The position numbers were made by a program, and so were the translations under genes. From contig OY762428.1 in NCBI GenBank assembly GCA_963665665.1, positions 4,800,001 to 4,864,000 on the forward strand: DNA of 64,000 nucleotides. The letters are read 5' to 3'. Below the pieces are notes generated by a model. It saw nothing but the letters and a program-made list of their open reading frames with translations. It had not been told where the DNA came from and made no database searches. This stretch comes from Candidatus Kapaibacterium sp. (GTDB lineage: Bacteria > Bacteroidota > Ignavibacteria > Kapaibacteriales > UBA2268). Below, piece by piece: positions 50,732-60,106 of the stretch; position 1 is the stretch's first letter, and each line of letters begins with the position of its first letter.

Positions 50732-51523
50732 ATGGCCTTTCCAAAAATTATGGGTATTCTGAATGTTACTCCCGACTCATTTTCCGACGGTGGCAAATAC
50801 AATAGTTTAGAGAAAGCAATAGCCCGTGCTGAGAAAATGATCCGTGACGGAGCTGATATAATTGATATCGGCGGTGAAAGCACCAGGCCCGGTGCAGATG
50901 AAGTTTCACCGGAAGAAGAAATTGAAAGGGTTATACCTGTAATATCATCGATTAAAAAGAAATTCCCAGGCATTGAAGTATCATGCGATACTACCAAGCA
51001 TGAAGTTGCAAATGCTGCTATCGCCGAGGGGGCAGATATTATTAACGATATCAGCGGCCTTGATTTTGACGAAAGGCTGGCCCATTTGGTTGCAAAGTAT
51101 AATAAATCGCTTGTAATAATGCATATTCAGGGGCGTCCAAGAACAATGCAGAATAACCCCGTTTATAAGAATGTTGTTGAAGATATATTTTCAATATTAG
51201 AAAAGAAAATTGCGTTTGCAAAATCTATCGGGGTGAAAAATGTAATAGCAGATGTCGGGATAGGGTTCGGAAAAACAGTTGAGCATAATATTGAATTGTT
51301 GAAAAATTACGACCGTTTCAATGGCTTAAAGGTTCCTTTGCTTCTTGGCATATCAAGAAAATCATTTATTGCCAAGACTCTTGGCATTGAAAATCCTGAG
51401 AAAAGGGATGTTCCTACGGCCTTAATTCATTCCCTGCTGATTAAAAAGAATATTGATATAATCAGGGTACATGATGTTGCTATGCACAATATGCTACGGC
51501 AGTTAAACGATATTCTTTCCTGA
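50732..51523 (+). CDS. folP: Dihydropteroate synthase
   Basis: MGILNVTPDSFSDGG, GGESTRPG, GIGFGK, SRK and RVHDV. Confidence 0.97.
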   Translation: MAFPKIMGILNVTPDSFSDGGKYNSLEKAIARAEKMIRDGADIIDIGGESTRPGADEVSPEEEIERVIPVISSIKKKFPGIEVSCDTTKHEVANAAIAEGADIINDISGLDFDERLAHLVAKYNKSLVIMHIQGRPRTMQNNPVYKNVVEDIFSILEKKIAFAKSIGVKNVIADVGIGFGKTVEHNIELLKNYDRFNGLKVPLLLGISRKSFIAKTLGIENPEKRDVPTALIHSLLIKKNIDIIRVHDVAMHNMLRQLNDILS

Positions 51524-51610
51524 CTTATCCTGCTAAACTATAAGTATTTTATAATAGCAGATTTGAAATAATCCACCAGATATTATATTGTCGATTTTTG
51601 GGCATTGTTT

Positions 51611-52153
51611 CTAACGTTTTATCACCCTGTCAGGGTTATTCTTTATAAAATCTTTCCAGTTCGACGGGCCTGCATTAATTTTACCGGCTTTCATAGAATG
51701 GCATATTGCAACTGCAAGAGCATCTGTCGAGTCAAAGAAATCCGGAGTTTCATCAATATTCAAAATTCGTTTTACCATAAAAGACACCTGTTCCTTGGAA
51801 GCGCTGCCGTTACCTGTTACCGATTTTTTAACTTCTTTCGGAGAGTATTCAAAAATTGCGGTTTCATAAAGAGAGGCTGCCAGCATTGCCACACCACGTG
51901 CATGAGCAAGCTTCATCAGAGATTGGGCATTCTTTGAGTAAAACATAGTTTCAAAGGCGGCAATTTCAGGGCTGGTACGCTCAAGAACCTGTTCCAGCCT
52001 GAGGAATATCTCAGTAAGCCGGGCAGGTATTGTCTTGTGTTTTCTCGCAGCTTTTACCACGCCGTATTCAATTAGTTGAATTCCGGTTTTGGTTTTATCT
52101 ATAACGCCGTATCCGCAGATCAGCGAGCCGGGATCTATACCAAGTATTCTCAA
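51611..52153 (-). CDS. ruvC: Holliday junction resolvase
   Basis: ILGIDPG, VKKSVTGNG.ASKEQV, D..DALAVAICH; downstream of yebC. Confidence 0.96.
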   Translation of the reverse strand: MRILGIDPGSLICGYGVIDKTKTGIQLIEYGVVKAARKHKTIPARLTEIFLRLEQVLERTSPEIAAFETMFYSKNAQSLMKLAHARGVAMLAASLYETAIFEYSPKEVKKSVTGNGSASKEQVSFMVKRILNIDETPDFFDSTDALAVAICHSMKAGKINAGPSNWKDFIKNNPDRVIKR

Positions 52154-52167
52154 AATATACCTTTAAA

Positions 52168-52199
52168 TAAAAATCCCCGAAACCTTATGTTTCGGGGAT
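52168..52199 (-). terminator. Terminator-like hairpin between yebC and ruvC
   Basis: ATCCCCGAAAC/GTTTCGGGGAT 11-bp stem with a U-tract on the minus strand. Confidence 0.65.
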
Positions 52200-52220
52200 A
52201 TGTTTACCAATATAATTATT

Positions 52221-52976
52221 TTATTCATTCTCAAGATCAGCAATAATTGAATCATCAAAATCAGCATTTGTAAATACGTTCTGCACGTCTTCATGATCTT
52301 CAAAATGATCGATAAACTTCATTACTTTTTTGGCATGATTTACGTCAGTAATATTTATTACATCCTTAGCGATATATTCAAGTTTACCTTCAGTTACTTC
52401 CAATTCCTTGTCCTGGAAGTATTTATTACATGCTCCGAAATCTTCCATCGAGCTTATGATACGTGTTGATGATTCATCATACTCCATATCCTCAGCGCCT
52501 GACTCAAGGACGTGCTCCATCATATCGTCTTCGGATATGTCGTTAGTATTAATTGTAATAACGCCCTTTCTGTCGAAGTTCCATGCCACGGCACCGCTAT
52601 CACCGAGGTTGCCGCCAAGTTTTGTAAACTGAGAACGAAGTTCTGCCACAGTACGGTTTTTGTTATCAGTAACAGTTTCCAGGATAACAGCCACACCATT
52701 GGGTGCGTATCCTTCGTATGTAATTTCTTCGTAGTTAACGCCTTCGATTTCGCCTGTACCTTTTTTGATTGCTCTTTTGATATTATCCATAGGCATATTT
52801 ACAGAACGTCCGTTCTGAACTGCAAGCCTCAGCCTGGGATTAGACTCAGGATCGCCACCGCCTTCACGTGATGCAATAGTGATCTCTTTTGCTATCCTGG
52901 TGAATATTTTACCTCTTTTGGCATCCTGCCTGCCTTTTCTATGCTTAATATTTGCCCATTTACTATGACCTGACAT
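52221..52976 (-). CDS. yebC: YebC/PmpR family protein
   Basis: MSGHSKWANIKHRKG, NPRLR, YEGY and TDNKNRT. Confidence 0.96.
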   Translation of the reverse strand: MSGHSKWANIKHRKGRQDAKRGKIFTRIAKEITIASREGGGDPESNPRLRLAVQNGRSVNMPMDNIKRAIKKGTGEIEGVNYEEITYEGYAPNGVAVILETVTDNKNRTVAELRSQFTKLGGNLGDSGAVAWNFDRKGVITINTNDISEDDMMEHVLESGAEDMEYDESSTRIISSMEDFGACNKYFQDKELEVTEGKLEYIAKDVINITDVNHAKKVMKFIDHFEDHEDVQNVFTNADFDDSIIADLENE

Positions 52977-53235
52977 TATATCTCCAAAAAGAAAATTTTA
53001 CATAATTTATAATTATTATTCATAACTTATCAATATTAATAACCGGAAAATTACGCAATTTTCCCGAAAGAAAAAACCAATTTCAGGAAACAAATTATTG
53101 TGAATTTTTTGACTATCATTTTTATTCTTTAAAAGAAATTTCTTATATTCATTTATTCTAATTAGATTTATCACTCAGCTCAATTTTATTGAATCATTTG
53201 AAGTTGAGAGATAGTTATAATATCCCGGGGGTTAT

Positions 53236-56200
53236 ATGTTCAGGAAAATTCTAATTATTGCAGCTTTTATCTTTTTTCCTCTCACCACGGAGTCGAAGGA
53301 CGAATCTTTCTATTGGGTGGGTGGTTCCGGCGATTGGTCAGAGTTTTTCAAGCATTGGGCCGGTTCTTCGGGCGGAGATCCGAGCGAGTTTGGTAAGGTT
53401 CCCGATGCTGGCGATACTGTTTATTTTGATAACAATTCGTTCCTTCCCGAAGACGAGGAAATTGTAATAACAATTAAAGATAATGCAGAATGCTTAACCC
53501 TTGATTTTTCGAAAGCTTCGAAAAAAATTGTTTTTAATAAGAATACTCAGCCGATGCTAAAAATATATGGTTCACTGATATTGAACAGTGATATGGATTT
53601 TAATGTAAATTCATTGAATTTTGAAAGTATGCAGAAAGGTAATGTTATAAAGTCCGAAGGTATCAAACTTGGAAATATCAGGTTCTACGGTATCGACGGC
53701 GGATGGGAATTGCTCGGAGACCTTCAATGCGGTGAAATATACCATAAGCATGGAAGTTTCAATACAAAGAATTATAACCTTACCTGCTATTCATATTCCG
53801 GTGCAAGCAATCCTGACAGGGAACTTTACCTGAATAATTCAATTATTCACCTTACAAGTTCAAACTGGGTATCCAACGGCGCATACAAAACACATGATGC
53901 CGGCAAATCTGAGATATATCTTGACGGTTTAAGCAGAACCTTCAATACCGGTGGCTATGATTACCACAACGTATATTTTACAAACGAAACCAATTCATCG
54001 AATATTGAAGGAGGAGGGAACTTCAACAAAGTGGTTATCAATTCCAATGCTTATATCAAGAATGATTATACTTACGACAGCCTGATATTTAATCCGGGTT
54101 TTATCTATTCGTTAACATCAGGCAAAACGCAAACTGTACACGAATACTTCAGCGCAACCGGAGAATGTGATAAATATATTTTTATAAAATCACAGACGGT
54201 GAATTCAGCAACAACGATAAAGTCCGAAACAGCAAATATTGAACTTGATTATGTGGTTCTTCAGGATTTAACAGCTTCGGGTTCGGCAGATTTTACAGCC
54301 ACAAATTCAATCAATCTTGGCAATAATTCCGGCTGGACAATTACAGGCCCACCCCCCAGGGCTCTATATTGGGTCGGCAATGGAAAGGGATATTGGGACG
54401 ACAGGCAAAACTGGGATGAATCTGCGGCAGGAAGCGGCGGAGCATGTATACCAACGCCCTTTGACGATGTGTTCTTTGACGGTTTGGATAATGATACTGT
54501 AATTGTTCGAACGGCACTTGTATTTTGCCATGATATGAAATGGGAAAATACCGGGAATGCATTATTCACGAAGGAACTTCAATTCCCGATCAGGATATAC
54601 GGAAGTTTGTATCTTGATGAGGCATTGGATTACAGGATGACAAATATCATCAATTTCGAGGCTATGGACAAGGGCAATATTATAAAATCAGCATCCCAAA
54701 AATTATCAAATATCAGGTTCTACGGTATCGACGGCGGATGGGAATTACTCGGAGACCTTCAATGCGGTGAAATATACCATAAGCATGGAAGTTTCAATAC
54801 AAAGAATTACAACCTTACCTGCTATTCTTATTCGGGTGCGAGTAATAATGACAGGGAACTTTACCTGAATAATTCAATAATTCACCTGACTAATTCAAAC
54901 TGGGTATCCAACGGCGCATACAAAACACATGATGCCGGCAAATCCGAGATATATCTTGACGGTTTAAGCAGAACCTTCAATACCGGTGGCTATGATTACC
55001 ACAACGTATATTTTACAAACGAAACCAATTCATCGAATATTGAAGGAGGAGGGAACTTCAACAAAGTGGTTATCAATTCCAATGCTTATATCAAGAATGA
55101 TTTTACTTACGACAGCCTGATATTTAATCCGGGTTTTATCTATTCGTTAACATCAGGCAAAACGCAAACTGTACACGAATACTTCAGCGCAACCGGAGAA
55201 TGTGATAAATATATTTTTATAAAATCACAGACGGTGAATTCAGCAACAACGATAAAGTCCGAAACAGCAAATATTGAACTTGATTATGTGGTTCTTCAGG
55301 ATTTAACAGCTTCGGGTTCGGCAGATTTTACAGCCACAAATTCAATCAATCTTGGCAATAATTCCGGCTGGACAATTACAGGCCCACCCCCCAGGGCTCT
55401 ATATTGGGTCGGCAATGGAAAGGGATATTGGGACGACAGGCAAAACTGGGATGAATCTGCGGCAGGAAGCGGCGGAGCATGCATTCCAACGCCCTTTGAC
55501 GATGTGTTCTTTGACGGTTTGGATAATGATACTGTAATTGTTCGTACACCCCTTGTTTTTTGTCATGATATGAAATGGGAAAATACCGGGAATGCATTAT
55601 TCACGAAGGAACTTCAATTCCAGATCAGGATATACGGAAGTTTGTATCTTGATGAGGCATTGGATTACAGGATGACAAATATCATCAATTTCGAGGCTAT
55701 GGACAAGGGCAATATTATAAAATCAGCATCCCAAAAATTATCAAATATCAGGTTCTACGGTATCGACGGCGGATGGGAATTACTCGGAGATCTTCAATGC
55801 GGTGAGATATATCATAAGCATGGCAGTTTCAATACAAAGAATTACAATCTTACCTGCTATTCTTATTCGGGTGCGAGTAATAATGATAGGGAACTTTACC
55901 TGAATAATTCAATAATTCACCTGACTAATTCAAACTGGATATCCAACGGCGCATACAAAACACATGATGCCGGAAAATCCGAGATATATCTTGACGGTTT
56001 AAGCAGAACATTCAATACCGGCGGTTATGATTACCACAACGTATATTTTACTAACGAAACCAATTCATCGAATATTGAAGGAGGAGGGAACTTCAACAAA
56101 GTTGTTATCAATTCCAATGCTAATATCAAGAATGATTTTACTTATGATACACTGGAGTTCAGGCCTTCATTTAATTATACACTGACTTCTGGCAGAGAAC

Positions 56201-57774
56201 AAAAGATCAATAGTTTTTTTGATTGCAGGGGAAACTCGTGTTTTCCTATTACAATTAAATCAACATTATCCGGTATCCAAACGAGTATTATAAAAAAAGA
56301 AGGGACAGTATCCTGTGATTTCCTTAGTCTGACAGATGTTAGAGCTGACAGCGGGGCGACATTTTATGCCGGGGCATATTCCAAATCTATAGGGCCTAAT
56401 AACAAGGGATGGATTTTTGAAAATGCTCCTGATTACATTTATGGTTTCGGCCCGGATACAATTCTTTGTGAAGGCGATATTCTGAATACCTTCAATTTCA
56501 ACGGCGCTAAGGAATATTTGTGGCATGACGGAACTACTGAGTCCTGGCATGAAGCAGACGAAACCGGGCTTTACTGGGTTTTGGTAAAATACGATGACGA
56601 TTGTGAATTCCGTGATTCTATCTTTATCGAGATAATTTCCAACGCTTTTGTTGATGCCGGGGATGATATTTATGTGTGTGAGAAAAATACTGAAGTTCAG
56701 GTGAAAGCCAAAATTAAGGACGGAATTGCGCCGTATGAAATTTCCTGGGAACCTTCCATAGGAATTAGCAACCCCGCAAAACCATCCGTAACTATCAGTT
56801 CAGATATTAGCCGGAATTATATATTGAAAGTGAAAAGCAAAAACGGATGCTATGCCAGGGATACAATCAAATATATTATTATAGACGAGTTTAAACCGAA
56901 AATTTGGAAAGACGGATATTACCTCGTTTCAAACGCTGACAAGGGAAACCAATGGTATATGGACGGGGAAATTATACCGGGAGCAGTACACCAAAAGTAT
57001 CTTCCGCTGAAAACCGGGCTGTATTCTGTTGTTGTAACAAGCGATTTCGGATGCGAATCTGAAGCTTCAGACCCCTTATATTTTTATAGCAGCGATTATG
57101 ATAATCCTACTTTGTTTATTGGCAGTACACAAGGCAGTCCTAAGGATACGGTATTGATACCGCTTATTATTGCTAATGAAAAGGATCTGATTGAAAGTGG
57201 TGCGGAAAATATTAATGTTAATGTAAACTTCAACCCAAGCCTTTTATATCCTATTGATTTTGATATGATATATGTCGATGAAAAAAATGCATATATAGAT
57301 ATAAACGGGCTAAACATTAATCCCGACGAGAATGGTGTCCTTACTTATCTGCGGTTCTCGGTTGGCCTCGGGAATTCAGAAAGTTGTGAACTTCTTCTGC
57401 CGCTGGCCGAACCAAACGGGGGAGAGGCTGAAATGGTAACGGTGGATGGTATGTTCACCCTTCTGAATATTTGTGAAGAGGGAGGGAAGAGGCTTGTTAA
57501 TCCTTATGTTGAAGCAGGAATTATTAGTATAAGCCCAAACCCTGGCAATTCTCATATCAATCTTAGATATACAATTTCTGAGAAAGGAGCTGTGGATATA
57601 TCGATTTTTGACATGATGGGGCGAAAAGTAAAAAACCTGGTAAATTCAGTTACGGATAATTTTGGTAATTTTATTCGCAAGGTAGATATAAAAGATTTAC
57701 CAACCGGGAATTATTTTGTTGTTTTCCGGTCGGCAACGATAATTGAGAGTAGAAATATTGTAATAATAAAGTAG
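53236..57774 (+). CDS. Large secreted repeat protein (about 3 x 345-aa units) with Ig-like, cohesin-like and T9SS C-terminal domains
   Basis: Signal peptide; three YWVG..G.W....W...P...D.V.FD units; cohesin-like DTVLIPL..FNPSLL; ISPNPG...LPTGNYFV. Confidence 0.85.
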   Translation: MFRKILIIAAFIFFPLTTESKDESFYWVGGSGDWSEFFKHWAGSSGGDPSEFGKVPDAGDTVYFDNNSFLPEDEEIVITIKDNAECLTLDFSKASKKIVFNKNTQPMLKIYGSLILNSDMDFNVNSLNFESMQKGNVIKSEGIKLGNIRFYGIDGGWELLGDLQCGEIYHKHGSFNTKNYNLTCYSYSGASNPDRELYLNNSIIHLTSSNWVSNGAYKTHDAGKSEIYLDGLSRTFNTGGYDYHNVYFTNETNSSNIEGGGNFNKVVINSNAYIKNDYTYDSLIFNPGFIYSLTSGKTQTVHEYFSATGECDKYIFIKSQTVNSATTIKSETANIELDYVVLQDLTASGSADFTATNSINLGNNSGWTITGPPPRALYWVGNGKGYWDDRQNWDESAAGSGGACIPTPFDDVFFDGLDNDTVIVRTALVFCHDMKWENTGNALFTKELQFPIRIYGSLYLDEALDYRMTNIINFEAMDKGNIIKSASQKLSNIRFYGIDGGWELLGDLQCGEIYHKHGSFNTKNYNLTCYSYSGASNNDRELYLNNSIIHLTNSNWVSNGAYKTHDAGKSEIYLDGLSRTFNTGGYDYHNVYFTNETNSSNIEGGGNFNKVVINSNAYIKNDFTYDSLIFNPGFIYSLTSGKTQTVHEYFSATGECDKYIFIKSQTVNSATTIKSETANIELDYVVLQDLTASGSADFTATNSINLGNNSGWTITGPPPRALYWVGNGKGYWDDRQNWDESAAGSGGACIPTPFDDVFFDGLDNDTVIVRTPLVFCHDMKWENTGNALFTKELQFQIRIYGSLYLDEALDYRMTNIINFEAMDKGNIIKSASQKLSNIRFYGIDGGWELLGDLQCGEIYHKHGSFNTKNYNLTCYSYSGASNNDRELYLNNSIIHLTNSNWISNGAYKTHDAGKSEIYLDGLSRTFNTGGYDYHNVYFTNETNSSNIEGGGNFNKVVINSNANIKNDFTYDTLEFRPSFNYTLTSGREQKINSFFDCRGNSCFPITIKSTLSGIQTSIIKKEGTVSCDFLSLTDVRADSGATFYAGAYSKSIGPNNKGWIFENAPDYIYGFGPDTILCEGDILNTFNFNGAKEYLWHDGTTESWHEADETGLYWVLVKYDDDCEFRDSIFIEIISNAFVDAGDDIYVCEKNTEVQVKAKIKDGIAPYEISWEPSIGISNPAKPSVTISSDISRNYILKVKSKNGCYARDTIKYIIIDEFKPKIWKDGYYLVSNADKGNQWYMDGEIIPGAVHQKYLPLKTGLYSVVVTSDFGCESEASDPLYFYSSDYDNPTLFIGSTQGSPKDTVLIPLIIANEKDLIESGAENINVNVNFNPSLLYPIDFDMIYVDEKNAYIDINGLNINPDENGVLTYLRFSVGLGNSESCELLLPLAEPNGGEAEMVTVDGMFTLLNICEEGGKRLVNPYVEAGIISISPNPGNSHINLRYTISEKGAVDISIFDMMGRKVKNLVNSVTDNFGNFIRKVDIKDLPTGNYFVVFRSATIIESRNIVIIK
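53673..56147 (+). repeat. Near-identical 1035-bp intragenic tandem duplication (about 2.4 copies)
   Basis: AAATATCAGGTTCTACGGTATCGACGGC at 53673, 54708 and 55743; only scattered substitutions between copies. Confidence 0.95.
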
Positions 57775-57777
57775 ATA

Positions 57778-58509
57778 TCAGAGAACCACAAACCCTATCA
57801 GGGAAATGCCAATTATCCCGAGAATGATATAAATATATTTATGAAATTTTTCGGGATTTATTTTTTTGTTCAGCCTGCTGCCGAGAAACATTGCAAGCAA
57901 AACAAGTGGAAGTGAATACATGAGATAGGCCAGCATTTCCGTATTCCACAGGCCTACCCACCCGTGCCCGATCGTAATTAACAGATTGGTTGGAAGGAAT
58001 ATTCCCTGCAGGATTGCCCTGAACTTTTCCGGTTCCCAGCTTCGAAGCGTGCCGTATATGATAATCGGGGGGCCGTTCGTATTATAAGCGCCGCCGAGTA
58101 CGCCTGCAATCAGGGCAAATAATGGTGCTGACCTGCCGGTCGCAAGTTTAAAAAATTCAGGCCTGAAAAGCTTGAAAGCAGCAAAAATTATTAGAACTAC
58201 TCCAAGCAGTATTTTTATCAGGCCCTCGCCGCTGTCCTTCAGGAAAAAGAGTCCGAATGGTATGCCAATAAGCGAAAAAATTACCAGCGCCGGGGCGTCC
58301 TTAACCTCTATCATTTTCCAGTTTTTTGCAATGATAGAAATGGCTATTATACTTGCTATTATAGCTACAACCGGAGCCGCAATCTTTACGCTGATAAAAA
58401 GAGACAGCATTGGCATAGCAATAAGGGCATCGCCAAAGCCGAGCGCCGAGCGGCACAGCGAGGATATAAACAATATCAGGGCAACGTATATTATGATAAA
58501 TTCATTCAT
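57778..58509 (-). CDS. Sulfite exporter TauE/SafE family permease
   Basis: GFGDALIAMP and GVLGGAYNTNGPP motifs; about 8 TM segments. Confidence 0.88.
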   Translation of the reverse strand: MNEFIIIYVALILFISSLCRSALGFGDALIAMPMLSLFISVKIAAPVVAIIASIIAISIIAKNWKMIEVKDAPALVIFSLIGIPFGLFFLKDSGEGLIKILLGVVLIIFAAFKLFRPEFFKLATGRSAPLFALIAGVLGGAYNTNGPPIIIYGTLRSWEPEKFRAILQGIFLPTNLLITIGHGWVGLWNTEMLAYLMYSLPLVLLAMFLGSRLNKKINPEKFHKYIYIILGIIGISLIGFVVL

Positions 58510-58685
58510 CAGATAAAATTAATGAAATTCAGGGAGAATAGCCCCGAAAAAGTGATTGCAACAGGTGGATGTTATCAATCCGGAAAGTTGCCAAAGCTTG
58601 GATACCCATAATGAATATTCTCGGGAATCATAACAGTCCAGGTATGGATGAAACACTGCACTAAGCGAAGTATTCATCATTTCTG

Positions 58686-59564
58686 CTACTCTGAAAGTCC
58701 CGGAATAATCTTTAAATTACCCCCGGGATATTTATTAATAAAATCACTATGCATTTTTTTTTGAAGTTCTAAAACATAATCCAGTTTTGTTCCGGTATTA
58801 AATTTCAATTCCACTTCAACAAAAAAATCATTACCTTTGGTAGTGGAATATATACGTCCGATATTTTCATATTCATTGAAATACCTGGAAAGAATATTTA
58901 AAATAAACAACTGCTCGGATTCTTTAAGCGGAAAATCAGATAGCGATTTAGAATCACTGATAATCTGGCCCAGGTAAATAAAACTTCCGTACATTGCAAA
59001 AGTCAATGCCAGCCCTTTATCTATCCAGTAATGGGCATGAATATCATCTATGCTGATAATCCATAATGTTAATACAACAACGAAAGATGCTAAATTCCTG
59101 TAGGTGCCAATTTTTGCATCTTTTCCAAGAATTATCAGAATGGGGCTGTTTTCATGTTTCATCCCTTTTTTGGCAATAAAATAAATTCCGAATTGTGTTG
59201 AAAAAGCGATAATGAGTGACAGGGGAATGGTAACAAAATTATTCAGGATATGAGGGTCATGCAAAATACTCCTTACTGCAAAAACAACTGATACGACAAC
59301 GCATGACAGAATGATAACCGATATAACCAGGGCATTGAAATTTTCAAGCCTGTTCGTACCGTAAGGAAATTTGTCGCTATGGCCTTTTTCCCTTTCCCTT
59401 ATTACCAGTAGTGTCAGGATTGAGCAAATAATACCTGACAAACTGATAAAAATTGTATAAAGAACGGCCGCAGAATCTGAAAAATAAAAAGATAAAATTG
59501 CAACAATAATCGTTATAAAATTTCCGGCAAAAGTAGCATAAGCAGTAAGTTTTGTGTATTTCAT
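58686..59564 (-). CDS. Divergent cation diffusion facilitator (CDF)-like transporter
   Basis: 6 TM segments; FPYGTNRLEN loop motif; C-terminal alpha/beta dimerisation-like domain. The canonical His/Asp metal ligands are not evident. Confidence 0.7.
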   Translation of the reverse strand: MKYTKLTAYATFAGNFITIIVAILSFYFSDSAAVLYTIFISLSGIICSILTLLVIREREKGHSDKFPYGTNRLENFNALVISVIILSCVVVSVVFAVRSILHDPHILNNFVTIPLSLIIAFSTQFGIYFIAKKGMKHENSPILIILGKDAKIGTYRNLASFVVVLTLWIISIDDIHAHYWIDKGLALTFAMYGSFIYLGQIISDSKSLSDFPLKESEQLFILNILSRYFNEYENIGRIYSTTKGNDFFVEVELKFNTGTKLDYVLELQKKMHSDFINKYPGGNLKIIPGLSE

Positions 59565-59770
59565 ATAAAGAATGATAATTATTAAATAGTGTCATAATAA
59601 TATAAAATAATTAAAATTTTTGAAATGAAAAACCTTACAGTAAATTTACTGCATACAAATGACAAGGTCTCTTATGTCAGAATATTTCCAATTTGACATT
59701 TCTGATACGTTTAGAATTGGCAGATGTACGCCGATGGCATCGATATATTCCCGATAAATAGAAACAAGAC

Positions 59771-59800
59771 GGGGAAGGCGGGGGGGGGGGCAAGGGGCGG
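59771..59800 (+). repeat. Poly-G tract (G11) within a G-rich cluster
   Basis: GGGGAAGGCGGGGGGGGGGGCAAGGGGCGG. Confidence 0.9.
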
Positions 59801-60053
59801 AGTGAAAATTTTCTAAACGACAACGATCACAGATGCTAACCTTCTGAAGGTTGCCGGATTCAGACAGCTGTAATTATGGAACTCCTGCTTTTCGAAAGAA
59901 ATGGAATAGTTCCTCGCCCTGTCCTGACGTGTCCGAACAGGCGGGAAACAGTTTTTTTTCTTTCTTCCCAAAATCCCGCTTTCTCCCGGATAGTACCGGT
60001 TGGGTAGGAAAGTATCGGGAGCTTTAGGACGCTACCCTTTGATGAAGATAAAT

Positions 60054-60086
60054 AAAAAAAGGCCGCCACAACGCAGCAGCCCTTTT
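60054..60086 (-). terminator. Intrinsic terminator of the kinase cluster
   Basis: Minus strand GGCTGCTGC-GTT-GTGGCGGCC-TTTTTTT. Confidence 0.75.
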
Positions 60087-60106
60087 GGGTTTGATGTTGT
60101 ATAGGA

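Noticed and set aside
53673-56147. Diversity-generating retroelement TR/VR pair
   Set aside because: The copies are long in-frame tandem units, the differences are not adenine-specific, and no reverse transcriptase is present
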